NCBI GenBank assembly: GCA_947494335.1
Contig: CANLUT010000003.1
Span: 135,381-199,380 of the forward strand
DNA: 64,000 bases
Source of the DNA: Oligoflexales bacterium
Lineage (GTDB): Bacteria > Bdellovibrionota_B > Oligoflexia > Oligoflexales > RGVZ01
Reading direction: 5' to 3'
The position numbers and the translations under genes are program-made. Under the pieces are notes generated by a model that worked only from the letters and a program-made list of their open reading frames with translations, was not told the origin of the DNA and did no database searches. Below, piece by piece: positions 37,208 to 45,329 of the stretch; the first letter of the stretch is position 1; each line of letters starts with the position of its first letter.

Positions 37208-38497
37208 ATGAGCGGAATGGGCGAAATCATTCTAGATGGAAAATCCTACAAGCTACCTGTCCTCGTTGGCACTGAAAAAGAGAAGGCTGTAGATATCACA
37301 AAACTTCGTCAAGATAGCGGCTACATCACTCTCGATTCTGGTTATGGCAACACGGGCGCATGCAAATCTGCGATCACGTTCATCGATGGCGACTTGGGAA
37401 TTCTTCGCTACCGAGGCATCCCGATTGAAGAACTTGCGGACAAGAGTGATTTTGTTGAGACCTCTTACTTGTTGATCTACGGTCAGCTTCCTAATCGTAC
37501 GCAGCGTGAGGAGTTCCGTAATCTTCTCAGTGGTCATGCGATGATTCATGAAGGGATGATTAAGTTCTTTGATGGATATCCAACCACGGCCCATCCAATG
37601 GCAATTTTGTCAGCGATGGTTTGCTCGTTGTCCAGCTACTATCCAGAGCACCTTGATCCAAATGACCCCACCCAGGTGAACCACTTGGTGCCTCGCCTTC
37701 TTTCTAAGATGCGCACCATTGCTGCGTACTCATATAAGAAGTCCAAAGGTCAGCCGGTGATCTATCCTAAATCTGATCTTGATTACTGCTCTAACTTTCT
37801 GCGCATGATGTTTGCAACTCCTGCAGAGGAATATCAGATCGATCCTGATATGGTTAAGGCATTGAACGTACTCTTGATCCTTCATGCTGACCACGAGCAG
37901 AACTGTTCAACGTCTACCGTGCGTTTGGTGGGATCGTCTGATGCCAACCTTTTTGCATCGATTGCAGCTGGAATTTGTGCTCTTTGGGGTCCAAAGCACG
38001 GCGGTGCAAACCAGGAAGTGGTTGAAATGCTCGAACTCATCGAAAAAGAAAAAGTTCCAGTGAAGGAGATCGTTCGCCGCGCGAAAGACAAAAATAGCGG
38101 CTTCCGCTTGATGGGCTTTGGTCATCGCGTTTACAAGAACTTCGACCCTCGCGCTAAAGTGATCAAGACCTACTGTGACAAATTACTTGCGAAGAAAGGC
38201 ATCAAAGATCCTTTACTGGATATTGCCAAGGAGCTTGAGGAGGCGGCGTTGTCTGATGATTTCTTCAAGGAGCGGAAACTTTATCCAAACGTAGACTTTT
38301 ACTCTGGTGTCATTTACCGCGCTATGGGTATTCCGACAGACATGTTTACCGTAATGTTTGCTTTAGGTCGTCTGCCTGGATGGATCGCTCACTGGATCGA
38401 GATGCATCGTGACGGTGATGGTCGAATTGGTCGTCCTCGTCAGGTGTATGTAGGGGACACTCAGCGTCCTTACATTCCGATGGATCAACGTAAATAA
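37208..38497 (+). CDS. gltA: Citrate synthase
   Basis: 'LILHADHEQNCSTST', 'GFGHRVYKNFDPRA', 'YPNVDFYSG'. ATG 37208 (MSGMGEIILDGKSYKLPV) is preferred over the TTG at 37169. Confidence 0.95.
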   Translation: MSGMGEIILDGKSYKLPVLVGTEKEKAVDITKLRQDSGYITLDSGYGNTGACKSAITFIDGDLGILRYRGIPIEELADKSDFVETSYLLIYGQLPNRTQREEFRNLLSGHAMIHEGMIKFFDGYPTTAHPMAILSAMVCSLSSYYPEHLDPNDPTQVNHLVPRLLSKMRTIAAYSYKKSKGQPVIYPKSDLDYCSNFLRMMFATPAEEYQIDPDMVKALNVLLILHADHEQNCSTSTVRLVGSSDANLFASIAAGICALWGPKHGGANQEVVEMLELIEKEKVPVKEIVRRAKDKNSGFRLMGFGHRVYKNFDPRAKVIKTYCDKLLAKKGIKDPLLDIAKELEEAALSDDFFKERKLYPNVDFYSGVIYRAMGIPTDMFTVMFALGRLPGWIAHWIEMHRDGDGRIGRPRQVYVGDTQRPYIPMDQRK

Positions 38498-38519
38498 TCA
38501 AGCTGCGTAAGCAATAGAT

Positions 38520-38556
38520 CCCCGGAGCACTTCGGTCTCCGGGGCTTTATTTTTGC
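38520..38556. terminator. Rho-independent terminator after gltA; overlaps the stop codon of the convergent ORF
   Basis: Stem CCCCGGAG (38520-38527), loop CACTTCGGT, stem CTCCGGGG (38537-38544), then 'ctttattttt'. Confidence 0.8.
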
Positions 38557-38972
38557 CAAAATGGGATTTTTGACGGTGACGACCCTCGACCATTTGGGAC
38601 GGACTCTTTGGTAAGCTGGTGGGAGAAGTTATCTAAAAATCGTGAAAAAACAGCTGATCTCCTTTTAGGAAGATCCGCTACCTCTGGGCGTTCAAATGAA
38701 ATCGCAAGATAGCTGGCGCGCAGCTGAAGTGTGATGAGCCCAGTCCGAGGCATTGCCTCGATACTATCGAAGCGTAACTCGCAGTAACGGGATGCAACGA
38801 GTTTTGCTGCTTGTGTTCCGAGGGTTCTCGGGTCTGCACCCATGATTTTGATAGGGACTCCTCCCACTGGTCGGCCGGAAATTTCCTCACGTATACGACA
38901 AATATAAAAGTCCATGAATTGATTCTGCCCTATGTGACCAGAAAGTTTTCCAGTCATACCGTTATCTGACAT
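38547..38972 (-). CDS. Hypothetical cytoplasmic protein (141 aa)
   Basis: AAGGAG lies 9 nt upstream of ATG 38972. No signal peptide and no motif I recognise. Confidence 0.45.
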   Translation of the reverse strand: MSDNGMTGKLSGHIGQNQFMDFYICRIREEISGRPVGGVPIKIMGADPRTLGTQAAKLVASRYCELRFDSIEAMPRTGLITLQLRASYLAISFERPEVADLPKRRSAVFSRFLDNFSHQLTKESVPNGRGSSPSKIPFWQK

Positions 38973-39126
38973 CGTCTTCATCTCCTTATCCAATAATCAG
39001 TTACGCTGCGACGGTATCAGAAAGAGGATCTGACCTGGGCGGACTTTCTCTTGTCGTCAAAGATATGAACTCGCTCCCCAGAGACGTGACAGGGGTGTCC
39101 TCCAGGGGCGAATGAATTGAATATGT

Positions 39127-39822
39127 CTATTGGATCTCGTAAACCTGATTGATGGACTGCCCGTTCAGGCTTCGCACGTGGACCAGGTATCGTCCACTTG
39201 GTTTCTTTGGAAGCTCAAATTTGTGTTCAAATGGCTGATCTTTATGCTCGCAATTGCGTGCCGTCCCTGCTTTCATGATGGGCAAGACCTCGATCGTGTT
39301 ACCGCTATCAACCAATTTGACCTCCTGTAATTCGGCACAGCGAGACGCAAATCGACCACGGATGGTAGCAGTCGCAAACTGAGACGTTACATCAACATTG
39401 AGAGTGTCGACTGGAGCATACACAAAGTCGTCTGGACTCAGGGTGCTTGAGTGTTTGATTGCAAACGCTGCAGCAGGTCTTGATGTCCCCACCTTAAGGC
39501 TCCAATCGCCAGCTTCAAGCTTACCGATTGTCACAACCTGGGTCCAAGGAACAAGGACTTCCAAGCACAACCAATTGTAATAGGCTGCTTTGGGCTGGAC
39601 TAAAATTTCATGATTTGAATGGTCTGTTTTAATTTCTGCTGTTTCTAATCGATAACAGTCATTAGGAAGATGACCCTCAATCACAATTTGCGTCTGATCG
39701 TTGTCGTCAAAGCCTCGGGGGATGAAAGTGCGATCGGATGTCGTTGAAACAAGAGAGTCGTCTGCGGCAATTGCATGACCTAGGTTGCAGAAAAGTACCA
39801 GTGAATAGAAAATCTTTTTCAT
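39127..39822 (-). CDS. Hypothetical secreted protein built from two tandem Cys-pair domains
   Basis: GGGAGGA Shine-Dalgarno. Signal 'MKKIFYSLVLFCNLGHAIA|AD'. The two halves align by eye ('IVIEGHLPNDCYRLE...ILVQP...WLCLE...GDWSLKV' against 'ATIRGRFASRCAELQ...IEVLP...RNCEH...GRYLVHV'). Confidence 0.6.
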   Translation of the reverse strand: MKKIFYSLVLFCNLGHAIAADDSLVSTTSDRTFIPRGFDDNDQTQIVIEGHLPNDCYRLETAEIKTDHSNHEILVQPKAAYYNWLCLEVLVPWTQVVTIGKLEAGDWSLKVGTSRPAAAFAIKHSSTLSPDDFVYAPVDTLNVDVTSQFATATIRGRFASRCAELQEVKLVDSGNTIEVLPIMKAGTARNCEHKDQPFEHKFELPKKPSGRYLVHVRSLNGQSINQVYEIQ

Positions 39823-40010
39823 AAATCCTCCCTGAAGTATTGATTAAGTCACTGAAAGGCGTCAATTAGGCTCCAACATTTGGCGCCCTATTGATTGTTA
39901 CGACTAGTAAGAATGCAGGAACCCTGCCAACATCATGAAGTCCTTGTGAGGAACAGATTTTGAGGAAAAATTCTATCTGTTAGACTATTAAAAAGTATCT
40001 AATTGCGCAT

Positions 40011-40072
40011 CAATTGCGGCAAATTACACATCTCATTGCCTAAAAATATAACTCACCATAACCAATTGCGGC
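40011..40072 (+). repeat. Exact direct 10-mer repeat CAATTGCGGC (two copies, 52 bp apart) plus a third AATTGCG
   Basis: CAATTGCGGC occurs at 40011-40020 and 40063-40072, and AATTGCG at 40001-40007. All lie in the AT-rich spacer upstream of the acidic-protein gene. Confidence 0.7.
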
Positions 40073-40182
40073 CCCTTGATCGAAATAAGGTGACAAACGT
40101 ACAATTTCATTAGAAATATTTTTCATGAGACAGGTCTAAATTTATCTCGAATAAGCGCAAGATTTTGGATGAAGGGGTTCTT

Positions 40183-40527
40183 GTGAGCTGGAAAATCTAC
40201 AACATTCACACTGGTAAAACGATCAAAGCGGGTTTTGGTGAAGAAGAAATTGCCAAGGAATGGCTTGAAAACCGCCGCGATCTGGACATTGAAGACTATA
40301 TAGTTGAAGAAATGGACGAAGAGGAAGAAGAGGCTCTTGAGGACGAAGATGAAGAGGAGGATGAGCCTCGCACATGGTCCCGTGCTGATGATGATGAAGA
40401 TGAGAGCGATGAAGAGGAATTTAACCGTGAGACATCCTCGGATGACGATGATGACTATGGTGACGAAGAATACGAGGACGACGAGGACGACGACGAAGAA
40501 GAAGAAGAAGAGGAAGACGATTACTGA
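40183..40527 (+). CDS. Hyper-acidic small protein (114 aa, C-terminal ~70 residues almost entirely Asp/Glu)
   Basis: AAGGGG lies 5 nt before GTG 40183. The N-terminal part 'SWKIYNIHTGKTIKAGFGEEEIAKEWLENRRDLDIEDY' is followed by 'EEMDEEEEEALEDEDEEEDE...DDEDDDEEEEEEEDDY'. The gene has its own terminator. Confidence 0.6.
   Translation: MSWKIYNIHTGKTIKAGFGEEEIAKEWLENRRDLDIEDYIVEEMDEEEEEALEDEDEEEDEPRTWSRADDDEDESDEEEFNRETSSDDDDDYGDEEYEDDEDDDEEEEEEEDDY
40300..40524 (+). repeat. GAA/GAG/GAT/GAC codon-rich low-complexity tract (poly-acidic coding region)
   Basis: Read directly from the sequence, for example 'gacgacgaggacgacgacgaagaagaagaagaagaggaagacgat'. Confidence 0.8.
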
Positions 40528-40552
40528 ATTCCAAAAATTTTGCTATGCTGGG

Positions 40553-40577
40553 GCCCTGCTTTTGCAGGGCTTTTTTC
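40553..40577 (+). terminator. Rho-independent terminator after the acidic-protein gene
   Basis: Stem GCCCTGC (40553-40559), loop TTTT, stem GCAGGGC (40564-40570), then TTTTTT. Confidence 0.8.
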
Positions 40578-40622
40578 TTGGTTGTTGCGCTGAATTGAGC
40601 GTAAAAGTTGCAGGTGGTATTT

Positions 40623-42389
40623 ATGGTTCAAAATAGCATCGAGGCTCTTCCTCCTTATCTGAAACGCTATTGTACCGTCCAAGATTATGACAAATATACT
40701 AGTCGCGATCATGCTGCTTGGCGGTTCATCATGCGTCAGTCGCGAGAATTTTTCCGTGATAATGCTGTTGGTATTTATCTTGAGGGGCTGCGTAAGACAG
40801 GCATTCCTCTTGATCGGATTCCCAAGGTCAGTGAAATGGATCGCGCTCTCCAGGAGTTTGGTTGGGGTGCGATCCCAGTTTGTGGATTCATTCCGCCCAT
40901 CGCTTTTCTTGATTTACAGGCGCGCGGAATTTTGCCGATTGCAACGGACATGCGAACCATTGAGCACATTGCATATACTCCTGCACCGGATATCGTTCAT
41001 GAAGCTGCTGGTCATGCTCCCATAATTGCGGACAAAACCTATCGTGAATATCTTCGCAAATACGCAAAGGTTGCAGAGAAGACGATCATGAGCAGCGAAG
41101 ATTTGGCTCTTTATGAGGCCATCCGTGTTTTGTCTGACATCAAAGAAAATCCCGACACTAAACCTGGTCAAATTACTGAGGCGCAAAAAGCTTTAGATTT
41201 CGCGATAAAAAATGTCAGCTACGCATCAGAAGCAGCCAAGGTTTCACGGATGGCTTGGTGGACGGTCGAGTACGGGCTGGTTGGTGATATCAATTCACCC
41301 AAGATTTATGGCGCGGGTCTTCTATCAAGCGTTGGAGAAAGTCAGGCTTGTTTACATCCTAAAGTTCGTAAAGTCCCCCTAACAGTGAAGTGTGTTGATA
41401 CAGCGTTTGATATCACTGAGCCGCAACCACAACTCTTCGTTGCGCAAAGCTTGGATCAACTCACAGATGTTTTGGAGGAGCTGGAGAATCGACTCTCATT
41501 CAAGATCGGTGGCGTCTACGGTCTCGAGCAGGCAAGGTTGGCGAAAACTGTGAATACGGTCCAACTGGACACGGGTGCTCAAGTCAGTGGCAAGCTCGTG
41601 TCATATGAAGCTGCCGTTTATGGAGATCGGGGCGAGCCCCAGTTCATCAAGTTTGAAGGGCCCGTCCAAATTTGTGTCGGTGGTCGGGAACTTCCAGGTC
41701 AGGGGCGGTCACGACATGGCCATGGTTTTTCATCTCCGCTTGGTCGTTGGACCGCAACTAAAAACAAATCGCCCTCAGGACTCTCAGACAGTGAGCTGTC
41801 AAACATTGGCATCTTAAAGGGTAAAAAAGCTGTACTTGAGTTTGTCAATGGTTTTAGGGTTGAAGGTGTGGTCCAAAACATCGTTCGGGAGAATCACAAG
41901 ATCCTTTATATCACCTGGATTGATTGCTCGGTACGAAGAGGTGATAAACTATATTACGAACCTGCTTGGGGTGAGTTTGACATGGTGGTGGGTGAGGCGG
42001 TAACCAGTGTTTTCGGTGGTCCTGCGGACCGCGGCGCATATGGTGACTATCACATGGGTGGTGTCTCGACCCAACCCGGTCGCCAGAGCCCATTTACTGA
42101 TGAGGAGATACGGACGTTTGAATGTTATGCAAAAATTCGCGAGCAACGGCACAGATTACAGATTTCCGGAGCGGTTCCGATAGACTCATTGGTAGAAGAA
42201 GTCTTATCAAGATCAGGTAAAGATTGGCTGATTGCTCTTGAGTTGTTAGAGCTCTCAAAAAAGAGTAGTTTGTCGTCACGCTTGGAGGCCAAAGTGATGG
42301 AGATGTTGACTGGCTATCAGCAGTCGGTGGATCCGGATCTAGGTCGCCTGATCGGAAAAGGTGTGAATATCGCTGCGGTCGCTGATTAA
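40623..42389 (+). CDS. Long-form aromatic amino acid hydroxylase (phenylalanine-4-hydroxylase-like catalytic domain plus a ~270-aa C-terminal extension)
   Basis: 'YTPAPDIVHEAAGHAPI' matches PAH 'YTPEPDICHELLGHVPL' (the two iron-ligand His). 'WWTVEYGLV...KIYGAGLLSSVGE' matches 'WFTVEFGLC...KAYGAGLLSSFGE' (ligand Glu). AGGTGG Shine-Dalgarno before ATG 40623. Confidence 0.8.
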   Translation: MVQNSIEALPPYLKRYCTVQDYDKYTSRDHAAWRFIMRQSREFFRDNAVGIYLEGLRKTGIPLDRIPKVSEMDRALQEFGWGAIPVCGFIPPIAFLDLQARGILPIATDMRTIEHIAYTPAPDIVHEAAGHAPIIADKTYREYLRKYAKVAEKTIMSSEDLALYEAIRVLSDIKENPDTKPGQITEAQKALDFAIKNVSYASEAAKVSRMAWWTVEYGLVGDINSPKIYGAGLLSSVGESQACLHPKVRKVPLTVKCVDTAFDITEPQPQLFVAQSLDQLTDVLEELENRLSFKIGGVYGLEQARLAKTVNTVQLDTGAQVSGKLVSYEAAVYGDRGEPQFIKFEGPVQICVGGRELPGQGRSRHGHGFSSPLGRWTATKNKSPSGLSDSELSNIGILKGKKAVLEFVNGFRVEGVVQNIVRENHKILYITWIDCSVRRGDKLYYEPAWGEFDMVVGEAVTSVFGGPADRGAYGDYHMGGVSTQPGRQSPFTDEEIRTFECYAKIREQRHRLQISGAVPIDSLVEEVLSRSGKDWLIALELLELSKKSSLSSRLEAKVMEMLTGYQQSVDPDLGRLIGKGVNIAAVAD

Positions 42390-42430
42390 TGGTGATCAGA
42401 CTGTAGTCTTTTGACTGGGGGATAATAGTT

Positions 42431-43924
42431 ATGTCGTCCATGCAGAAACTTAACGAAATGCGAGCATTTGCGGGGTCGCGTCAAACGACAGGTCTTTCAG
42501 ACGACATATTAGGACAACTCATTCCAAAGTTCCCGCAGCTGGTGGCCGCGATTGATCAGGCTTATGGGTTTTGGTCTTGTTTCAAATTGGAATATCCAGA
42601 TTGGTTCAAGTCATCAGAGAAGGAGTTAATCCACAAACTGCAAGATGGTTACGTGAATTTCTATAAAGATGAAGCCATCAATCCATACGTCGCATTGGCA
42701 GCCCAAGGACCTTGGATTATTACCTCTCATGGCGCTGTGATTCACGACAATGGTGGATACGGCATGCTTGGTCTCGGTCAAGGTCCGGCTAAGGTTATCA
42801 GAGCTATGAGTGGCGATTACGTCATGGCAAACATCATGACGGCTAGCTTCACGCATCGTCGTTTCCTTGACCACATATTTAAGGAGATTGGACGTAATCG
42901 TCCTGAGGGGAAAAAGAAGCCTTTCGCAAAATTCCTGTGTTTAAATTCGGGATCAGAGTCGATGACGGTTGCGTGTCGGATTTCAGACATCCAGGCAAAG
43001 ATAATGACCGATTCCGGTGGAAAGCATGCGGGCAAAAAAATTCGATTTCTGTCGCAGGAAGGAAGTTTCCACGGACGAACAGAGCGTCCTGCGCGTGTGT
43101 CTCACTCATCAAAGAAGTCATATCAGCATCTAGCCTCTTTCAGAGGTGATACAGAGCTGGACATTATTCCAGCGGGAAATATTGAAAAACTGAAGGAAGC
43201 ATTTACAAAGGCCGACAAAGAGGGTGTTTTCTATGAGGCTTTTTTTATTGAACCAGTGATGGGCGAGGGCAATCCTGGTATGGCGCTCAGTCGTGCGTTT
43301 TATGATGAGGCGCGCAAGCTGACAAAAGAGCGAGGCTCCATGCTTATCCTGGACTCCATTCAGGCTGGGATCCGGACCACTGGAAACTTGAGTATTTGTG
43401 ATTATCCAGGGTTTGAAGATTGTGATCCGCCCGATATGGAGTCGTACTCGAAGGCTATTAATGCCGGTCAATATCCTTTATCGGTTTTGGCTCTGACAGA
43501 ATCCGCGGCCTCATTATACAGGAAGGGCGTGTATGGTAACACCATGACCACCAACCCTCGAGCTTTGGAAGTTGCTTGTGCGGTATTAGCGTCTCTCACA
43601 CCTGAATTAAGGCAGAATATCCGTGATCGAGGCGTAGAGTTCCTTAAAAAATTTGAGGCTCTTGCCAAAGAGTTCCCCGGAGTGATCACAAAAGTGCAAG
43701 GTACGGGACTCTTATTTTCAGTAGAGTTAAACGAAGATGGTTACACCGTGTTGGGCAAGAAGTGCGTCGAGTTGGACCTGCGCTTGAATGGAATTGGTGT
43801 GATTCACGGTGGTAAGAACGCCCTTCGATTTACCCCACACTTTGGAATTACCTCAGCTGAAGTTGATCTTGTTGTGGAAGCCGTTCGAAAATCGTTGGCA
43901 AAAGGGCCAATTTATAAAGACTAG
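42431..43924 (+). CDS. Class-III (omega-type) PLP-dependent aminotransferase, atypical
   Basis: 'LNSGSES', 'SFHGRT', 'EPVMGEGNPG', 'LILDSIQAGIRTTG' (normally DEVQTG), 'SYSKAINAG' (putative PLP Lys), 'YGNTMTTNP'. Confidence 0.75.
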   Translation: MSSMQKLNEMRAFAGSRQTTGLSDDILGQLIPKFPQLVAAIDQAYGFWSCFKLEYPDWFKSSEKELIHKLQDGYVNFYKDEAINPYVALAAQGPWIITSHGAVIHDNGGYGMLGLGQGPAKVIRAMSGDYVMANIMTASFTHRRFLDHIFKEIGRNRPEGKKKPFAKFLCLNSGSESMTVACRISDIQAKIMTDSGGKHAGKKIRFLSQEGSFHGRTERPARVSHSSKKSYQHLASFRGDTELDIIPAGNIEKLKEAFTKADKEGVFYEAFFIEPVMGEGNPGMALSRAFYDEARKLTKERGSMLILDSIQAGIRTTGNLSICDYPGFEDCDPPDMESYSKAINAGQYPLSVLALTESAASLYRKGVYGNTMTTNPRALEVACAVLASLTPELRQNIRDRGVEFLKKFEALAKEFPGVITKVQGTGLLFSVELNEDGYTVLGKKCVELDLRLNGIGVIHGGKNALRFTPHFGITSAEVDLVVEAVRKSLAKGPIYKD

Positions 43925-43935
43925 GAGTGATAATT

Positions 43936-44535
43936 ATGTTGAAGCGTCTTGGCTTAATGGTCATTTTTGCTGTGCTTATGAGTGGCTGCGGTCTGCAATC
44001 GATTCCGCAGGCCAAGAACGAGGTTGATGCGACTTTTGCGGAGATCACAAACCAGTATAAACGCCGTTCGGATTTAATTCCAAATTTAGTCGAGGTCGTC
44101 AAAGGCTACGCTAGTCATGAGAAGGAAACGCTTGAGGCGGTGGTCAATGCTCGCGCGAAAGCTACAAGTGTAACAATTGATCCCACCAATATGAGTGCTG
44201 AGAAATTAGCCGAGTTTCAAAAGGCCCAAGGAAGTTTGAGTCAGGCCCTCGGTCGATTGATGGTTGTCTCTGAAAATTATCCTCAGTTAAAAGCTGATCG
44301 CAATTTCAGTGAGCTCCAGGCACAGCTCGAAGGAACCGAGAACCGCATCACAGTTTCCCGTAATCGTCACATCGAGGCGATAAAAAATTTCAATAATCAA
44401 GTCACTGTTCCGTTTACTAGCTGGACCAACTCCCTGATTTATCATTATAAGCCAATGCCGCAATGGACTGTGGATGATTCAGAACTAAAGCAGATCCAGT
44501 CAGCGCCTAAAGTTGATTTTGGCTCTAAGGAGTGA
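43936..44535 (+). CDS. lemA: LemA-family protein (lipoprotein-type signal)
   Basis: 'YKRRSDLIPNLVEVVKGYASHEKETLEAV', 'LMVVSENYPQLKADRNFSELQAQLEGTENRI'. Signal 'LMVIFAVLMSGC'. TAGGAG Shine-Dalgarno before ATG 43936. Confidence 0.85.
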   Translation: MLKRLGLMVIFAVLMSGCGLQSIPQAKNEVDATFAEITNQYKRRSDLIPNLVEVVKGYASHEKETLEAVVNARAKATSVTIDPTNMSAEKLAEFQKAQGSLSQALGRLMVVSENYPQLKADRNFSELQAQLEGTENRITVSRNRHIEAIKNFNNQVTVPFTSWTNSLIYHYKPMPQWTVDDSELKQIQSAPKVDFGSKE

Positions 44536-45329
44536 CAAGTTTCACAAAAATTTTGGCACGCGTATTTCTCCTCGTGGCGTTGCTGGATGCAACCGCGTTT
44601 GGGGCGGAGTTTGCCGTGCCACAACTTACTTCACCTGTTGTTGATCAGGCAGGTATCATCTCCGCCGGTGTGCGTGCGCAGATTGAATCTTTAATTCGTA
44701 GCTTACATGATGGGGGAGGAAGCCAGATCGCTGTCTTGACCTTGCCGTCACTGAACGGGCTTACGATCGAAGAAGTGAGTATTAAGGTTGTCGAAACCTG
44801 GCAACTTGGATCAAAGGATAAGGACGACGGTGTGCTGCTTTTGATCGCGCCGTCTGATCGCAGGGTGCGAATAGAGGTGGGTCAGGGTAAAGAGGGTGAC
44901 CTTCCGGACGCGATTGCGAGACGTATCATTGCGGAGGTGATAGCGCCTCAATTCAAGACTGGTCGCTATGGAGAGGGGGTTCTCCATGGTGTGATTGCAA
45001 TCATCCAGAAGACCGATCCGCAATTTGATCTCAATGCTGCTGGAGTATCACGAGTGAACATGAGTTCGCGCAGAGGTCAATCTGCGAGAGGATTCAATTG
45101 GTTTCCTATTATTTTAATATTGATATTTTGCTTCCGGATTTGGCGCGGTATGCACACAGGGCTTCGGACGCCTTATGGCGTTCCCGGCGGACGAATTGGC
45201 AGCCACCGAGGCGGCATGGGTCGAAGTAGCTGGGGTTCATCTGGATTTGGCGGCGGTGGTTTTGGCGGCGGAGGTTTTGGCGGCGGAGGCGGAGGTTTCA
45301 GCGGTGGAGGGTCTTCCGGCTCATGGTAG
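44532..45329 (+). CDS. TPM-domain protein (YgcG-like) with TM segment and Gly-rich tail
   Basis: 'VVDQAGIIS...IAVLTLPSLNG...DDGVLLLIAPSDRRVRIEVGQG' TPM pattern. C-terminal 'GFGGGGFGGGGFGGGGGGFSGGGSSGSW'. It overlaps the lemA stop codon. Confidence 0.8.
   Translation: MTSFTKILARVFLLVALLDATAFGAEFAVPQLTSPVVDQAGIISAGVRAQIESLIRSLHDGGGSQIAVLTLPSLNGLTIEEVSIKVVETWQLGSKDKDDGVLLLIAPSDRRVRIEVGQGKEGDLPDAIARRIIAEVIAPQFKTGRYGEGVLHGVIAIIQKTDPQFDLNAAGVSRVNMSSRRGQSARGFNWFPIILILIFCFRIWRGMHTGLRTPYGVPGGRIGSHRGGMGRSSWGSSGFGGGGFGGGGFGGGGGGFSGGGSSGSW
45243..45310 (+). repeat. Imperfect tandem GGN repeat encoding (GGFGG)n
   Basis: 'ggatttggcggcggtggttttggcggcggaggttttggcggcggaggcggaggtttcagcggtggagg' is read directly from the sequence. 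Confidence 0.8.

Noticed and set aside
40304-40636. A +1-frame ORF encoding a strongly basic (K/R/T/M-rich) 110-aa peptide, overlapping the hyper-acidic gene and running through its terminator into the next gene.
   Set aside because: GAA/GAG/GAC repeats automatically read as AAG/AGA/ACG in the shifted frame. There is no Shine-Dalgarno, and the ORF crosses a strong terminator. An acid/base overprinted pair is appealing but has no support beyond the open frame.
45243-45310. The Gly-codon tandem repeat, considered as a possible repeat array.
   Set aside because: It is in frame within the TPM protein and encodes the (GGFGG)n tail that is common in YgcG-like proteins. It is not a noncoding repeat or a CRISPR array.
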